Assembly (NCBI GenBank): GCA_963575745.1
Contig: CAUYUJ010000214.1
Coordinates: forward strand, 620,001 to 664,116
Length of the DNA: 44,116 nt
From: Prorocentrum cordatum
Taxonomy: Eukaryota
Direction: 5' to 3'
Shown here: positions 1 to 11,860 of the stretch, one piece after another
Position numbering within the stretch: the stretch's first letter is position 1
Layout: every line of letters begins with the position of its first letter
Program-made: the position numbers and the translations under genes
The notes under the pieces: model-generated
What the model saw: only the letters and a program-made list of their open reading frames with translations
Told to the model about the DNA's origin: nothing
The model's database searches: none

Positions 1-293
1 GGAGGAGGAGGAGGAGCAGGAGTAGGAGTAGAAGGAGGAGGATGAGGAAGACGACGCGGAGAAGAGGGAGGGGGAGGAGGATGGGAAGGAGGATGGGGAG
101 GGGGAGGAGGAGGAGGAGGAGGAGGAGGAGGAGGAGGAGGAGGAGGAGGCGGAGTACCAATGTAAACTCTAGACCCATCAACGATCTTGTAGTACACTCT
201 CCCTCTAAGCTCCTTCGTCATATGCCCCTAGAAAGTTTCATTTCCACTGAGGGAAGAGCCCCGTCTGGGGACAACCGTCTGAAGGTCCTCAAG

Positions 294-740
294 CGTGCCA
301 GGACACCATTCTCAAGACTTCGACGCCACGAGTCAACCAGGACGGTTGCATCCTGACGATCCCCGAATCGTGCCAGTACACTATTCCTGGGACTTCAACA
401 TAACGTTCGCGCCCTGGCAATCCTGACTCGTTCCAAGAATTAGCTCTGGTTCGTCGACCGTGAACACCATTGGCAATCCTGCAATTGTGTGCAACGAACG
501 TGCGCGAAGCTTAGGCGATAACCATGTGTTTTGAACAGTGGTCGCCCTCAATCCGTGAAGCTCCTAGCAAGTGTACAGACGAGTGTGCGAAGCGCAAGGG
601 CGAAAGCTACATTTTGAGAATGACCTGCCCTCAACCCGTGCAGTTCTTGCAAGCTTTAAGACGAGTGTTCGCGGCACTACGGCGAGAACCACAGTTTGAA
701 CACAGCCCGCCCTCAACCCATCAAATTGTGACCAGGCTTT
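294..740. repeat. Degenerate ~75-80-bp tandem repeats
   Basis: Recurring GCCCTCAA(C/T)CC and ACGAGTGT motifs, and CGTGCCAG.ACAC.ATTC motifs; related piece near 1855-1885. Confidence 0.55.
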
Positions 741-1120
741 CAGCTTCAGGCTCACGAGTGGGACCCAAGGTCCATGCGAAACGCCCAGCCCGCCCGTCCG
801 ACTGGCCCTGAGGCGCGAAGGGGAAGGAGTGGTGGACGAAGAGGAGGGAGGAGGAGACGGAGGAGGCACGAGTAGGAAGGAGGAGTGAACGGTGACGAGG
901 AAGAGCGGGAGGAGGTGGAGGAGGAGGAGGGACGTCGAGCCAGGAAGGCGGAGGAGGGCTTTCGAGGAAGGGGGAGGACAGACGATGCGGAGAAGGAGGA
1001 GGAGGAAGGACGAGGAGGAGGGAAGAGGACGAGGACGAAGACCATAACAAACCCAAGGTGCATCAGAGATGCTGCAACACACACTCCCGTTCGAAGCTTC
1101 TGTCTCGGAAGTCCCTGCAG

Positions 1121-1159
1121 GCCTTCCTGCTTACTGCAAGAGCAGCGCCTCCTAGAGAG
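1121..1159 (+). CDS. Candidate micro-exon of the gene ending at 16566
   Basis: cag|G acceptor; PSCLLQEQRLLE(R); AG|gc donor; phase fits the 3378 exon. Confidence 0.2.
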
Positions 1160-2639
1160 GCCAGCACCAGGTGGCCCTTCCGTTCATGCGAGAGCACCGT
1201 TTTGAAATGGAGCTAGCTCCTCCTCCGCCTCCTCCTCCTCCTCCTCCTCCTCCTCCTCCTCCTCCCTGCTCACTCTCGTCCTCCTTCTCCTCCTCCTCCT
1301 CCACCTCCTCCTCCTGCGCCCCTTTCTTCCATCCTTTCAGGGACGCACAGGGAGATCGTGTTTTTTTGTTTTAAATGAATAGAAAAAAGAGACCGCCACC
1401 CAGTCGGTTGTTTGCACAACTTTTCACACATTGCCATGGACTTCCTGGAAGTTCCAAGCGAGAGCCCATTTTGAGAAGCGATGTTGGCAAGCTGTACCAC
1501 ATGTTCAAGCTGGCAGTCCTCAAGTCGACAGGAGTCTGTGCATGGCACTAAGGCGAAAAACTTTGATTGGAAGCGGCTCCCTCTCCGTAGCCTTGAAGCT
1601 GCGGCAGATATCTGAAGACGAGCGCGCGCGGCGCCACATGCTGAACACGATCCCACCGCCGTCCTTGAAGTGGTCGCAAGTCCTTTAAGGTAGATTCGTA
1701 CCTTGCGCCGTCTTGTTTCCTTTTGTTCCTCCTCCTCCTCCTGTTCCTCCTCTTACTTAGTTCTTGGCCCTGGTGTGGACATTGTGGCAGTCTCTCCCCA
1801 CGGGCTGCGGCCTGATCTCCTCCCTTGCTCTCGGCTTGCGTGGAGAAAAAGTGGTAGCAAGTTTTCAAGACGAGGGTACGCGGCGAGATCGCGAAGGGTC
1901 GCGAGGAACGGTGAGGAGGGATCACCAGGAGGACGGACGGGGATGAGAATGGCCGAGGAGGAGGACGAAGAACGAGGAAGAGGAGGAGGAGGAGGGCCGA
2001 GGAGGAGGGCCGAGGAGGCGGGACCAGGAGGAGGGACGAGGAGGAGGGACGGAGCGGAGGAGGAGGAGGAGGAGGAGGAGGAGAAGGAGGGGGAGGGAGG
2101 AGGAGGGAGGCAGAGGCAGGGCCTAAGAGGGGCGCAGGGGCGATGACCACGACGCCGAGGCGCCGGCCTCGTGGAGGCCGCCGCGCGCCACGTGGGCGGC
2201 AGGCGCCCCGCCGCCGCCGCCGCCCGCGGCTCCCTCGGCGGCGCCCGCGGCCCTCGCCGCCCGCCGCCGTGCGCCGCCGTTGGCCGCAGCGCCGCCGTGT
2301 CGCCGCCGGCGTCGCGAGGCTCGGCGCCGCGAGGCTCGTCGTCGTCGCTGCCGTCGTCGGTCGTCGGTCGCGGAGGCCGGTCGGTCGGCGGGGGAGGAGG
2401 CTGCGAGGATGGGAGGAGGAGCCGGCGGTGGACCCGGGAGGAGGAGGGGGGGGGATCGAGGGATGGTCGAGGCAGGAGGCGCAGGAGGAGGAGGAGGAGG
2501 AGGAAGAGGAGGAGGAGGAGGAGGAGGAGGAGGAGGGAGGAGGGAGGAGGAGGAGGAGGAGGAGGAGGACGATGAGGGGGGAGGACGAGAAGGAGGAGGA
2601 GGAGGAGGAGGAGGAGGAGGAGGGAGGAGAGGGGAGGGC

Positions 2640-2704
2640 GATGATGATGATGATGCTGATGATGATGATGATGCTGATGCTGATGCTGATGATGATGATG
2701 ATGA

Positions 2705-2735
<31 letters not shown>

Positions 2736-2883
2736 CATGGATGATGATGCTGATGATGCTGATGATGCTGATGCTGATGCTGATGCTGATGCTGATGCTG
2801 ATGCTGATGCTGCTGATGCTGATGCTGATGCTGATGCTGATGCTGATGCTGATGCTGATGATGCTGATGATGATGATGCTGCT

Positions 2884-2938
<55 letters not shown>

Positions 2939-2960
2939 TCGATCATGACGATGATAAAGA
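2640..2960. repeat. (GAT)n/(GCTGAT)n compound microsatellite
   Basis: Seen directly. Confidence 0.95.
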
Positions 2961-3377
2961 GGAGGAGGAAGACACGGTGTTGAAGGAGAAGGAGGTGGAG
3001 GACTCGGAGGAATGAGAAGAAGGAGGTGCGCGGCAAGTGAGAAGAGGAGAAGGGATGATTAGGATTGTCGGAGGATGAGAGAAAGGAGAGGATGTTGAAG
3101 CTTGATTGGACAGGGCAGGAGCAGAAAGTAGAATGCAAGATGATGAGGGGAGGGGGGGGTTCTAGGAGGAGGCAGGAGGAAGAGGAGGAGAAGGAAGGGG
3201 GGAAGAGGAGGATGCCAGGAATGGGGCGGCAGACTAGGCTGCTGGTGGAGGAGGAGGAGGCGGCGGAGGCGGAGGAGGAGGAGGAGGAGGAGGAGGAGGA
3301 GGAGGAGTCACTCAGAAGGAGGAGGAGGATTAGCAGCAGTGGCAGCAGTGGCAGCAGTGGCAGCGGCCCCCGCTCAG

Positions 3378-3406
3378 GAACCTGCGCGAGGTCCTCGGGC
3401 ACGCAG
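3378..3406 (+). CDS. Candidate micro-exon of the gene ending at 16566
   Basis: cag|G acceptor; GC3-rich NLREVLGHA(G); AG|gc donor; unique island between GGA and CCT tracts. Confidence 0.4.
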
Positions 3407-3537
3407 GCGCCCCGCACTCTCGCTGCGCCGCCCTCGTGCCCTCCTACAGGATGGGGTGGGCCGGCTCCTCCTCCTGCTCCTCCTCCTTCCTTCCCCTCCT
3501 CTCCTCCTCCTCCTCCTTCCTCCTCCTTCCTCCTCCT

Positions 3538-3568
<31 letters not shown>

Positions 3569-4935
3569 TCCCCTCCTCCTCCTCCTCCTCCTCCTCCTCC
3601 TCCTCCTCTTCCTCCTCCTCCTCCTCCTCCTCCTGCTCCTCCTCCTCCTGCTCCTCCTCCTTCTCCTCCTGCTCCTCCTGCTCCTCCTCCTGCTCCTCCT
3701 CCTCCTTCTGCTCCTCCTCCTCCTCTTCCCTCGGCTCTTCTTCCTCCTGCTCTTCGTCCTGCTATCTCTCTGGGTGGCGGGGCGGGTGAGAGCGTGGTCT
3801 TGGCATCTCGCCGTCGTCAGGTCCCCCCACCGTTCAGGATCGTGCCCGTCGGCGTGGGGGGACGACGCCGAGCCCGTGCGGTCACATCATGCGGGCGGGT
3901 GAGACGGTGCGCCCGCGAACTAAAGCGTAACGAAGAGGACGAGGAGGACAATGGTTAGGAGGAGGACGACGAGGACAAAGGGTTAGGAGGAGGAGGAGGA
4001 GGAGGAGGAGGAGGAGGAGGAGGAGGCAGGAGGACACGCGCTTTGTCTCTGAGTGATTGTTTTTTTTCTGCTGACGCCAGGCCGCCCTACCAGACGCTGC
4101 ACCCGTGTCACGCTGAACGGTGCGGAGGATACAGGTCAGCTCTGCCGACGGCCTGCATGGCACAGCACGCGCCAACGCTTCGATGATAGCGCACGCCCGC
4201 CCACGGGCCGTGAGCAGGCCCCACGTCTTGTTCGGGGCCACTTCCTCACAAGCAAAGCGACTTCCTGCTTGGAGCCTGCACGCTGGAAAGGAACGCCACT
4301 CTCCAGGCTTGTTCTGTTCAAGCATGTGCTGCTCAGCGCTGTTGCGCATAACGTGCGTCCTGACATGCATAGTTTTGGCACGTGCCCAACGTAGTGCCGC
4401 ACAATGACGCGTCGCGTGAAATAGTCATGAGGGCGCGCTTTTCGTAGAATGTCGGCGCCATGCTAGCCAGCAACGTGCTGCAGTCGACCCCAAATGACTT
4501 GTCGCTCAAAGGCTTGGTTTGAGTTTTGCGTGCGCTTCACAGCGTGGCGCCGCTTTCTCACGCACTGAATGCCGTACAACGGGCAGACGCAATTCTTGCA
4601 AAATTCGGTTCAACGTCGTGCTCGTCAACGACGTGCCCCACCTACGAACACCTGCTGCAAGAAGTCGTACACGCCGGCACTTGATGTCTCAACGCCAGTT
4701 TGTTTCGAAGCGAACTTCTGGGCGATGTGCTGGTCAACAACGCGCTGTCCAACGAAGTTCCAGCCGTACCCACAGCCTTGGAGAACTTCGGAAGGCCGCG
4801 TTGCCCAGCGTCATGTGGCACCGCACCGTGCTGCTCCATGTTCCAGCCGTGGTTGGCGGCCTGCTGCCCGCCACGTGGATGTCCTGCCCAAGCTGGGCGC
4901 CGTGGGCCAGAACACCTGACCAGGCTGCGGGACGG

Positions 4936-5114
4936 GAAAATGACCACAGCCACTGCGTCTTGTTTGCGCCGCCTTCCAGCCGGCCGAAGAAGAAGCCGTG
5001 GTTGTGGTCATGTCCCTGGTGCCAGAAGCTTAACGAAAATGACCACAGCCACTGCCTTATTTCTGCTGGCTGGAAGGCGGCAACCAAAGAAAAGCAGTGG
5101 CTGTGGTCGTTTTC
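4936..5114. repeat. Nested inverted repeat (two hairpin units in opposite orientation)
   Basis: GAAAATGACCACAGCCACTGC occurs twice forward and twice (imperfectly) inverted; the internal GCCGCCTTCCAGCC is inverted between the units. Confidence 0.8.
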
Positions 5115-5508
5115 ACGCCCAGTACGACAAGGCGTGTAGGGCGACGAGATCGACCGATACGTATCCGCTGCCCCCGGCCAGGAGCGGGCCCTGGAGCGGG
5201 GCAGCGCCCTCCCGGCTGGGGCCAGGGTGGCAAGCGCACCGATCCTGGGCCCGGGGTGGGCCCGACTCTGGCCAGGGAAGCGACGCTCCCAGAGTGAGAT
5301 CGCAGACTGGCGCGCCGCGCATCGCCCACGAATTGAGGGATGAAAAAACGGCCCTACCCTGGGTTACAAGTGCGTGGTCTGTAAACCTCCTGGGAACTTG
5401 TCGAGCTGAACAGCGTCTCCCACCAAGCTGGGAGTAGCCAGCGCCAGCCAGCGGCCACCGCCCTCGCGGCGGCCCGGTGCCCCAGCTCGAGGCGAGCCGA
5501 GGGCCCAG

Positions 5509-5549
5509 GCACACTGACCTACGAGGGCTTGACCCCAACTTGCTACGGG
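5509..5549 (+). CDS. Candidate micro-exon of the gene ending at 16566
   Basis: cag|G acceptor; (G)TLTYEGLTPTCYG; GT donor at 5550 (alternatively the exon ends at 5525); phases fit its neighbours. Confidence 0.35.
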
Positions 5550-8113
5550 GTGGGAGGAGGAGGAGGAGGAGGAGGAGGAGGAGGAGGAGGAGGAGGAGGA
5601 GGAGGAGGATGAAGAGGAGGAGGAGGAGGAGGAGGAGGAGGAGGAGGAGGAGGAGGAGGAGGAGGAGGAGGAGGAGGGGGGTTGGAGAGGTTGGAGGGGG
5701 ATCCGGACGGGGGCGAAGATTGCCTCACCTGCAGCTACGGGGCGAGCCCGCGTGCCTTTTCTGGGGCACCCCTCACACGCGTCGTGCTCCCGTGGGGCGT
5801 CCCACCTCCTGGCGGTCAGGACTGCGTCGTGTTAAAAATGTCGGCTCAAAATGTTTCAGGGGAGCCTGGGTCCCCGCAGGGTCCCATACAGGACCCCGAA
5901 CGGTTCCGACGCATCCTTCCATATCCTTCAGGATTTCGCAGGGCTCCCAAGGAACACCCACGTTCCGTCACGATGCAGTCTCGCAAATTCTCACTGATGC
6001 CTCGGGACCCCAACGGATTCCCACAACATTCCCCGAGATTCCTCTGGATTCCTGAAGACTCTCAAGTGTTCCTCTGGAGTTTTACCCACTCTTTCAAGGT
6101 TTCCCCACATTTGATAGGTTTATTCAGGACCCTCCATGTGCGCAAGGATTTTTTTGGGAGTTGAATGATTCACGGTTCTGTCGGATTCCGAAAGATTGCC
6201 GGGGATCCTTCCAGATTCCGAAAGATTCCTGGCGATTCCTTGCTTGTATTTTTCAGGACCCCAAGGATTCCTAAGTACTAATGTGGACTTCTCCAGATCA
6301 TGCAGGACCCCACCCCAGAATTCTCGAGGCCGCACATCTATCTTTAGATTCATGTGGGGCCCATCGAGATCTGAAGGGGTCTTGAATAATATGATGGGAG
6401 ATCGGACCCATCGGGTTCCAGAGGATCCTTTTTAGAATCCTGAGCATGCCTGTGAGACTCTAGAGGATTCTGCATTTACCTGTTCTTTGTTTTATGTCTG
6501 CCAAGGGTTGGCTGGTTGATTGGTGTGGGGGGACGGGGCGGCACAGGTGTGCACAGGGCGACAGGTCCAGCCTACGCAGGGAGGGAAAGCCCGGGACAGG
6601 AACCAGGGGGGATAGGGTTGCAGTCCCGTCTTCTTCCTTGAACTCTCATTCCTGAGAAATGCTGGCTAGTGTCGCCCATTGCGCCTTTTATTTTTCAATT
6701 GAAGTGCCTCTCTCGGGGCTCGCACATAGTCTTTTACCAGGCAGCTAGCTTCTTGATGTTCTGGTTGTGTTTATGCCCCCGGGTCAATAACAACACATGT
6801 TTTGATATTGTTCGGTCTTAGCTGCTGGTGTGCTATTAAACACGTGGTGCCAAACATGTGTAAACAAAAAGTTCCCCCCCTCTCCTCCCCCCTGGATCCC
6901 GACTGTCATGCGCCGTCGAAGAAATATGTGTGAGTTACAAAATTTGTAAAATATCTACAGAGACCGAACGATGCAATTTTGATATACACGTCTGTCTGCT
7001 TGCATACGCAAATATGCGCGCACACGCACCAGTGAAGGTGTGCGCTCTCTGTCCACATCGGGGTCGCAGTGCAAGGCTGGCGCGGCGCTTTCTCGGCACA
7101 GTGAGCATGGGTGTGCATGGAGAGGTTCCTGAGCACGGTCTCGACCCACTCCAGGTCGCAGGGCCTATCAGGTGAAGCAATATCGCGTCCCAGAGAGGGG
7201 GCGCAGGGTTGGTGCCTGAGCGCAGTCTCCATTCACGTCAGGGTCGCAGGGCGTTGCAGGCGTGGGCCTGACGCCAGACAGAGGCTGCGCGGGAATCTGC
7301 CCCTGAACGCGGAGCGCCAGGGCAGTCGCGGGAACGTCCCCCGCGGTCCGGTTGGCCCCGTCTTCCTTCTGCTTCGCACATGCGCGCTACGGCGTTGGGA
7401 GCACCTCTTCGACATTGCTTTTGATCATGTTTCAATACTGTATTTTTTTTTGGCCCGCGGGCAGACCGATCAATACTGTACTTCCCAAGCCATCCGTTGC
7501 TGGCTCCGGGGGTGCCCCTTCTGTGCCTTCGCATGCCCTGCGTGCCCCTCTTGGGGGTATGGCTCCGTTGCTGGCCACGTGTAGTTGCCGCGAGCCCATA
7601 AACAGGGGAAAGGGGGGGAGGAAGGAGGGGACAACGGGATGGAGGAGGCAAGAGCTCGAGAAAAAATTACCAGAAGAAAGGGGATTTTGGCACGAGAGCG
7701 TAAGCGGCAGATTTGGACGGGCGGGTCGGGCGCGCGGGCCCGGATGGCCATGAAACGACGCTGAAACATCGGTCTTGGATGGATCTTGAGGGAGTCTCGA
7801 GCGACAGAACGAGTCCCGAGAAAACCCTGTGGAGAAGTCCAAAACGAGAGTGCGATGCACGATTGTTCGGGGCGGGGAGTTTCGATGAATCGCAATGACA
7901 CACGGCGCGAGACCGCGATCTCTTGATAAGTTGTAAGGAATCCCGTTCGAGACCGCGAGTTGGAACATATAATGAGGAGGTTTCAGGTGGCAGCCCGTTG
8001 TAGCTGTAGTTCGGGGCTTTGGGGGTTAACCGGAGCCTCAACAGCTTCCCTTTGTACAGAACAAGGTGCGAAACGCAGGAAGAACACTTCTCATGAAATT
8101 CGGGACGATCGAC

Positions 8114-8292
8114 ATGGGTACGGAAAGAATGGGCGCAATGCCCAACCGCAATTCCGGTTCATTTTGAACAGGACTCGCTGTCCGCGCCGCTGCGGATATT
8201 GTCAACCAGGGACTGAATGAGAGCCGCCTGCCCAACAGCGGCCTTTGAACAACATCTGCTGTTGGGCATTGTGCCCATTCTCTTTGCACCCC
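8114..8292. mobile_element. MITE family B copy 1
   Basis: Imperfect ~35-bp TIRs (GGGTACGGAAAGAATGGGCGCAATGCCCAAC / GTTGGGCATTGTGCCCATTCTCTTTGCACCC); homologous to 36831-37016. Confidence 0.7.
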
Positions 8293-8468
8293 TGCGGGCA
8301 TCCAAAGAAACGCACTAAGATATCGGAGCGCTCGTCTGTCGCGCGCGCAGAGAACGCCACGAGGAGCCGATGTTCAGCGGCCGCGGCGGCTCCACCAAGC
8401 CAATTTTTGTCGTGGATTGCGAGGACTTTTCGGGCGATAGCGCAAGTGAATTATGAGGAGCACGTTCG

Positions 8469-8717
8469 GGTTGACCCAAAACGGGCTCCAGCGACAAGGA
8501 GGTGGTGCAATAGAAATGGTGCAATAGGTTGGCGGGGTTGCATTAGATTTGGGGTATGCAATACATTCCGGGGCGCAAGTGCTTTGCTGGCTGGGTTTTC
8601 GCGTGCAATACAGCAGATGCAATACAGTGCAATGCAAGTCTCTGGCGCAATACATGTGCAATTCAATTGCCCCAAATCTAGTGCACCACCCCTTTTCAGC
8701 TGGACCACCTTTCGGGT
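8469..8717. mobile_element. MITE family C copy 1
   Basis: Homologous to 25927-26172; inverted ends and internal TGCAATA repeats. Confidence 0.65.
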
Positions 8718-9114
8718 CGCAACGACACATGGGCAAGAACACCATTCCAGAGCGGCGAGACGGCGAATCGGGGATCAATGACCGGAAGGAATGAATGGTT
8801 TTGGGCGAGAGCGCGGTGCGCGTGCCAATCACAGAGGCGTTTCGAGAGGGAGCGCGATGTCTGGATATATCGATACGGCGTCTTGGTCGGGAGCCGCTGT
8901 TGTTGTGGCCTGCGGGGCCATCAGCACTGTCTGAGCCCGAAGGCTGTCTTTGAACCAACAGGATGCGAGAGCGGAGGGGGGGCACTTGATTTGAACGGCA
9001 CAAAGCGCACCATAGAGTGGCGATCAACCGCAACCAGCAACAACGACAGCAATGGTTATCTCACGACCATTTGGTGTAAGAGGCCGATTTGATGTCATGC
9101 GCTAATTCAATATA

Positions 9115-9150
<36 letters not shown>

Positions 9151-9155
<5 letters not shown>

Positions 9156-10354
9156 GAGCGTGTTCTACCGCTGCTGGCGGAAAACCGGGGGGGGTCACTA
9201 CCGGTTCGAACCCCTCCCCCCCCCCCCCCCCCTCGGAAAACCGGGGGGGGTCACTACGGTTCGAACCCCTCCCCCCCCCCCTGTCATCATGAAAAAGGGG
9301 GGGGGTCACTACGGTTCGAACCCCTCCCCCCCCCCCCCTCCCCCTTCCGGATCCGGAAAACCGGGGGGGGTCACTAATTACCGGTTCGAACCCCCCCCTC
9401 CCTCGAAAACCGAGTGGGGGTGCGGACAGTGGTGGGGACGGTGTTGGTGGGGACAGTGGTGAGGGGATAGCGGGACAGTGGTGAGGACAGTGGGACAGTG
9501 GGACAGTGGTGGGGACGGTAGTGGTGGGGACAGCGGTGGGGACAATGGTGGGAACAGGGGGGGGACAGTGGACAGTGGTGGTGACGGTGGTGGTGGGGAC
9601 AGTGGTGTGGGGACAATGGGAATGAGGTGGAAACAGTGGGACAGTGGAGGGTACAATGGTGGTGGGGACAGTGGTGAAGGCGGTGGCGAGGACGGCGGTG
9701 GGACAATGGGACAGAGGTACAGTGGGGACAGTGGTGGGGACAGTGGGGACAGTGGTGGGAACAGTGGGACAGCTCAGTGGGACAGCGGAGGAGTCAGTGG
9801 GACAGTGGGGACAGTGGGGATAGTCGGGCAGTGGTTGGGGCCGTGGAGACAGTGGGGAGAGTGGAACCGTGGTGGGAACAGTTCTGGGGACAGCGGGGAC
9901 AGTGCGACAGTGGTGGGGCCACTGGTGGGGACAGTAGGGGCGGTGGTGGAACCAGTGGGGACAGCGGTGGTGAGGACAGTGGTGCTGGGAACACCAGTGG
10001 GGGATGTGATGCGGACGGTGGTGGGGACCGGGAGTCGTTTGCTGGCGGTGAGTAAGGGGGGGGGGGGGGGGTTCGAACCGGTAGTGACCCCCCCCGGTTT
10101 TCCGGATCCGGAGGGGGGGGGGGGGGGGGAGGGGTTCGAACCGGTAGTGACCCCCCCCGGTTTTCGAGCGGGAGGGGGGGGGGGGGAGGGGTTAGGGGAA
10201 GGGGGGGTTTTGCGGGGAGGAGGGGGGGGGGGGGGTTAGGGGGTTCCAGCAGGGGGGGGGATTTTCGGAGGGGGGGTGGGGGGCGACCCCCGGGTTCCGG
10301 AGGAAAAGGTTGGCAATTTTCCACAGTAAAGCGGCGGTGGATCACGCTCTCTCA
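9151..10354. mobile_element. Non-autonomous foldback/TIR element (TG...CA ends) inserted in a (TA)n tract
   Basis: Left end TGAAAGAGCGTGTTCTACCGCTGCT versus reverse complement of the right end TGAGAGAGCGTGATCCACCGCCGCT; subterminal ~55-60-bp units (4 left, at least 2 inverted right); internal GGGACAGTGGT satellite; TA runs on both sides. Confidence 0.8.
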
Positions 10355-10659
10355 TATATATACATGTTATGTAAATCTGTATATATATATATATATATAC
10401 ACATATTTACATGTGTATGTATGTATCCATCGCCCCCTCCCTCGCACCCCGCCCTCTGTGTCTCTGGCCGCACACTCTTTTGAGGGGACGGCCCTGCCAG
10501 ATTTGGAACAACAGGCGCGTCGTGCGGGCGCAGCTTCGCGTGCGGGCCCTTGGCGGGCGGTCCCCAGAGGGCGGAGCGCGACGCCTGGGCAGAATGCGAG
10601 GGTGCCTCAGGGCGGGGGAGCGGGATCCGGAACAAACCGCGAGGAAGTCTCAGGCGGGA

Positions 10660-10753
10660 GCCGTCGTTGTTTTTGTTTTTGCTGTTGTTGATGTTGTTGT
10701 TGTTGTTGTGGTTGTTGAGGTTGTTGTTGTTGTTGGTGGTGGTGGTGTTGTGG

Positions 10754-10784
<31 letters not shown>

Positions 10785-10890
10785 GGTTGTTGTGGTTGTT
10801 GTTGATGCTGTTTTTATTGGTGGTGGTGGTGGTGGTGGTGTTGTTGCTGCTGTTGTTGGTGGTGGTGGCGTTGTTGCAGTTGTTGTTGTA
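10660..10890. repeat. (GTT/GGT)n microsatellite
   Basis: Seen directly. Confidence 0.95.
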
Positions 10891-11510
10891 GTCCGGGGCC
10901 AGGGCCTGAGACCTGGAAGGGCGCCCGCCGAAGAGCGTGCCGCGCACGCTGGAGCCGGAGCGCTCTGTCGACCTTCCGTGGATCGGGAGCAGGGCGGATG
11001 GGCATCCGGCGGCGGCGACCACGAGGAGACTGCGCCAGCCGCGGCGGCGACGATGCTCCCCGCGGCCGCCCTGGTCGCAGACCCGCCGCGGGCGCGCGAC
11101 GGAGTGCCCCCCCCGCCCGCGCGCGCGCGCGCCCGCGCGTGGTGGCCTCGCGCGGCGAGGCGGGCGAGGCCGCCCCCTCGCGCGCCGATGACGACGGCGA
11201 TGGCAGCGGCGTCGACCTCGCCTCCTCCCCGTCTCTTCCTGCTCCTCCTCCTCCTCCTCCCTCCTCCTCCTCCCTCCTCCTCTCTCCTCCTCCTCCTCCT
11301 CCTCTCCTCTTCCTCTCTCCCTCCCCCCTCCTCCTCCTTCCTCCTCCTTCTCCTCCTCCTCCTCCTCTCCTTTCTCCTCCTCCTCTCCCTTCTCCGTCCT
11401 CCTCTTCCTCTTCCTCCCCCTCCTCCTCCTCCCCCTCCTCCCCCGCCGCCTCCTCCTCCAGCACTTCTCCGACTCTGCACGTCCCCTTCAAGCTCTCGAT
11501 TGCCGCGCAG

Positions 11511-11553
11511 GGCGCTGCACCCTGGACCTGCGACCTGGGGCGCCACCTGCAGG
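11511..11553 (+). CDS. Candidate micro-exon of the gene ending at 16566
   Basis: cag|G acceptor, GC3-rich GAAPWTCDLGRHLQ(G), G|gt donor. Confidence 0.4.
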
Positions 11554-11612
11554 GTTCGCCTGGCGCCTCCGCCTGGCGCCTCCCCCCGGCCCATGTCGGC
11601 ACCTCCCTCGCA

Positions 11613-11860
11613 CTCAGTGGGCCCCGGAAGCGGCAGGGACGTTTTTTTCACCGTTTCCGCAATAGTGTCTCCTGAAAATGGAAGCGGCAAAAAAGCGGCG
11701 AACGGAAACGGCAGCAAAAGCGGCTCCAGGATTGGAACCGGAGCGGGAGCCCGTAAAAGAACGGCGACGGAACCGGTAAAAAAACGGCGTCGGAACCTTC
11801 GAAAAAAAGCAAAACGGAACCTGTCAAAAAACGGCCTTGCCGTTTCCATGGCCCTCTAAG
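11613..11860. mobile_element. MITE-like element with imperfect TIRs and internal AAAACGG repeats
   Basis: GGGCCCCGGAAGCGGCAGGGACGTTTTTT versus reverse complement of the right end GGGCCATGGAAACGGCAAGGCCGTTTTTT. Confidence 0.55.

Noticed and set aside
380..560. Minus-strand peptide RATTVQNTWL resembling a Fringe 'R....TW' motif
   Set aside because: It lies inside a degenerate ~80-bp tandem repeat, is closed by stops, and has no DxD motif.
1548..3958. Long ORFs (396, 554 and 297 aa) and similar poly-E/G/R/P/S/L ORFs throughout the window
   Set aside because: They are translations of stop-free GGA/CCT, GAT, GTT and GCC microsatellites with no domain content.
9195..9400. tRNA genes suggested by GGTTCGAACCC
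   Set aside because: No cloverleaf, D-arm or anticodon arm; the motif is embedded in homopolymer repeat units.
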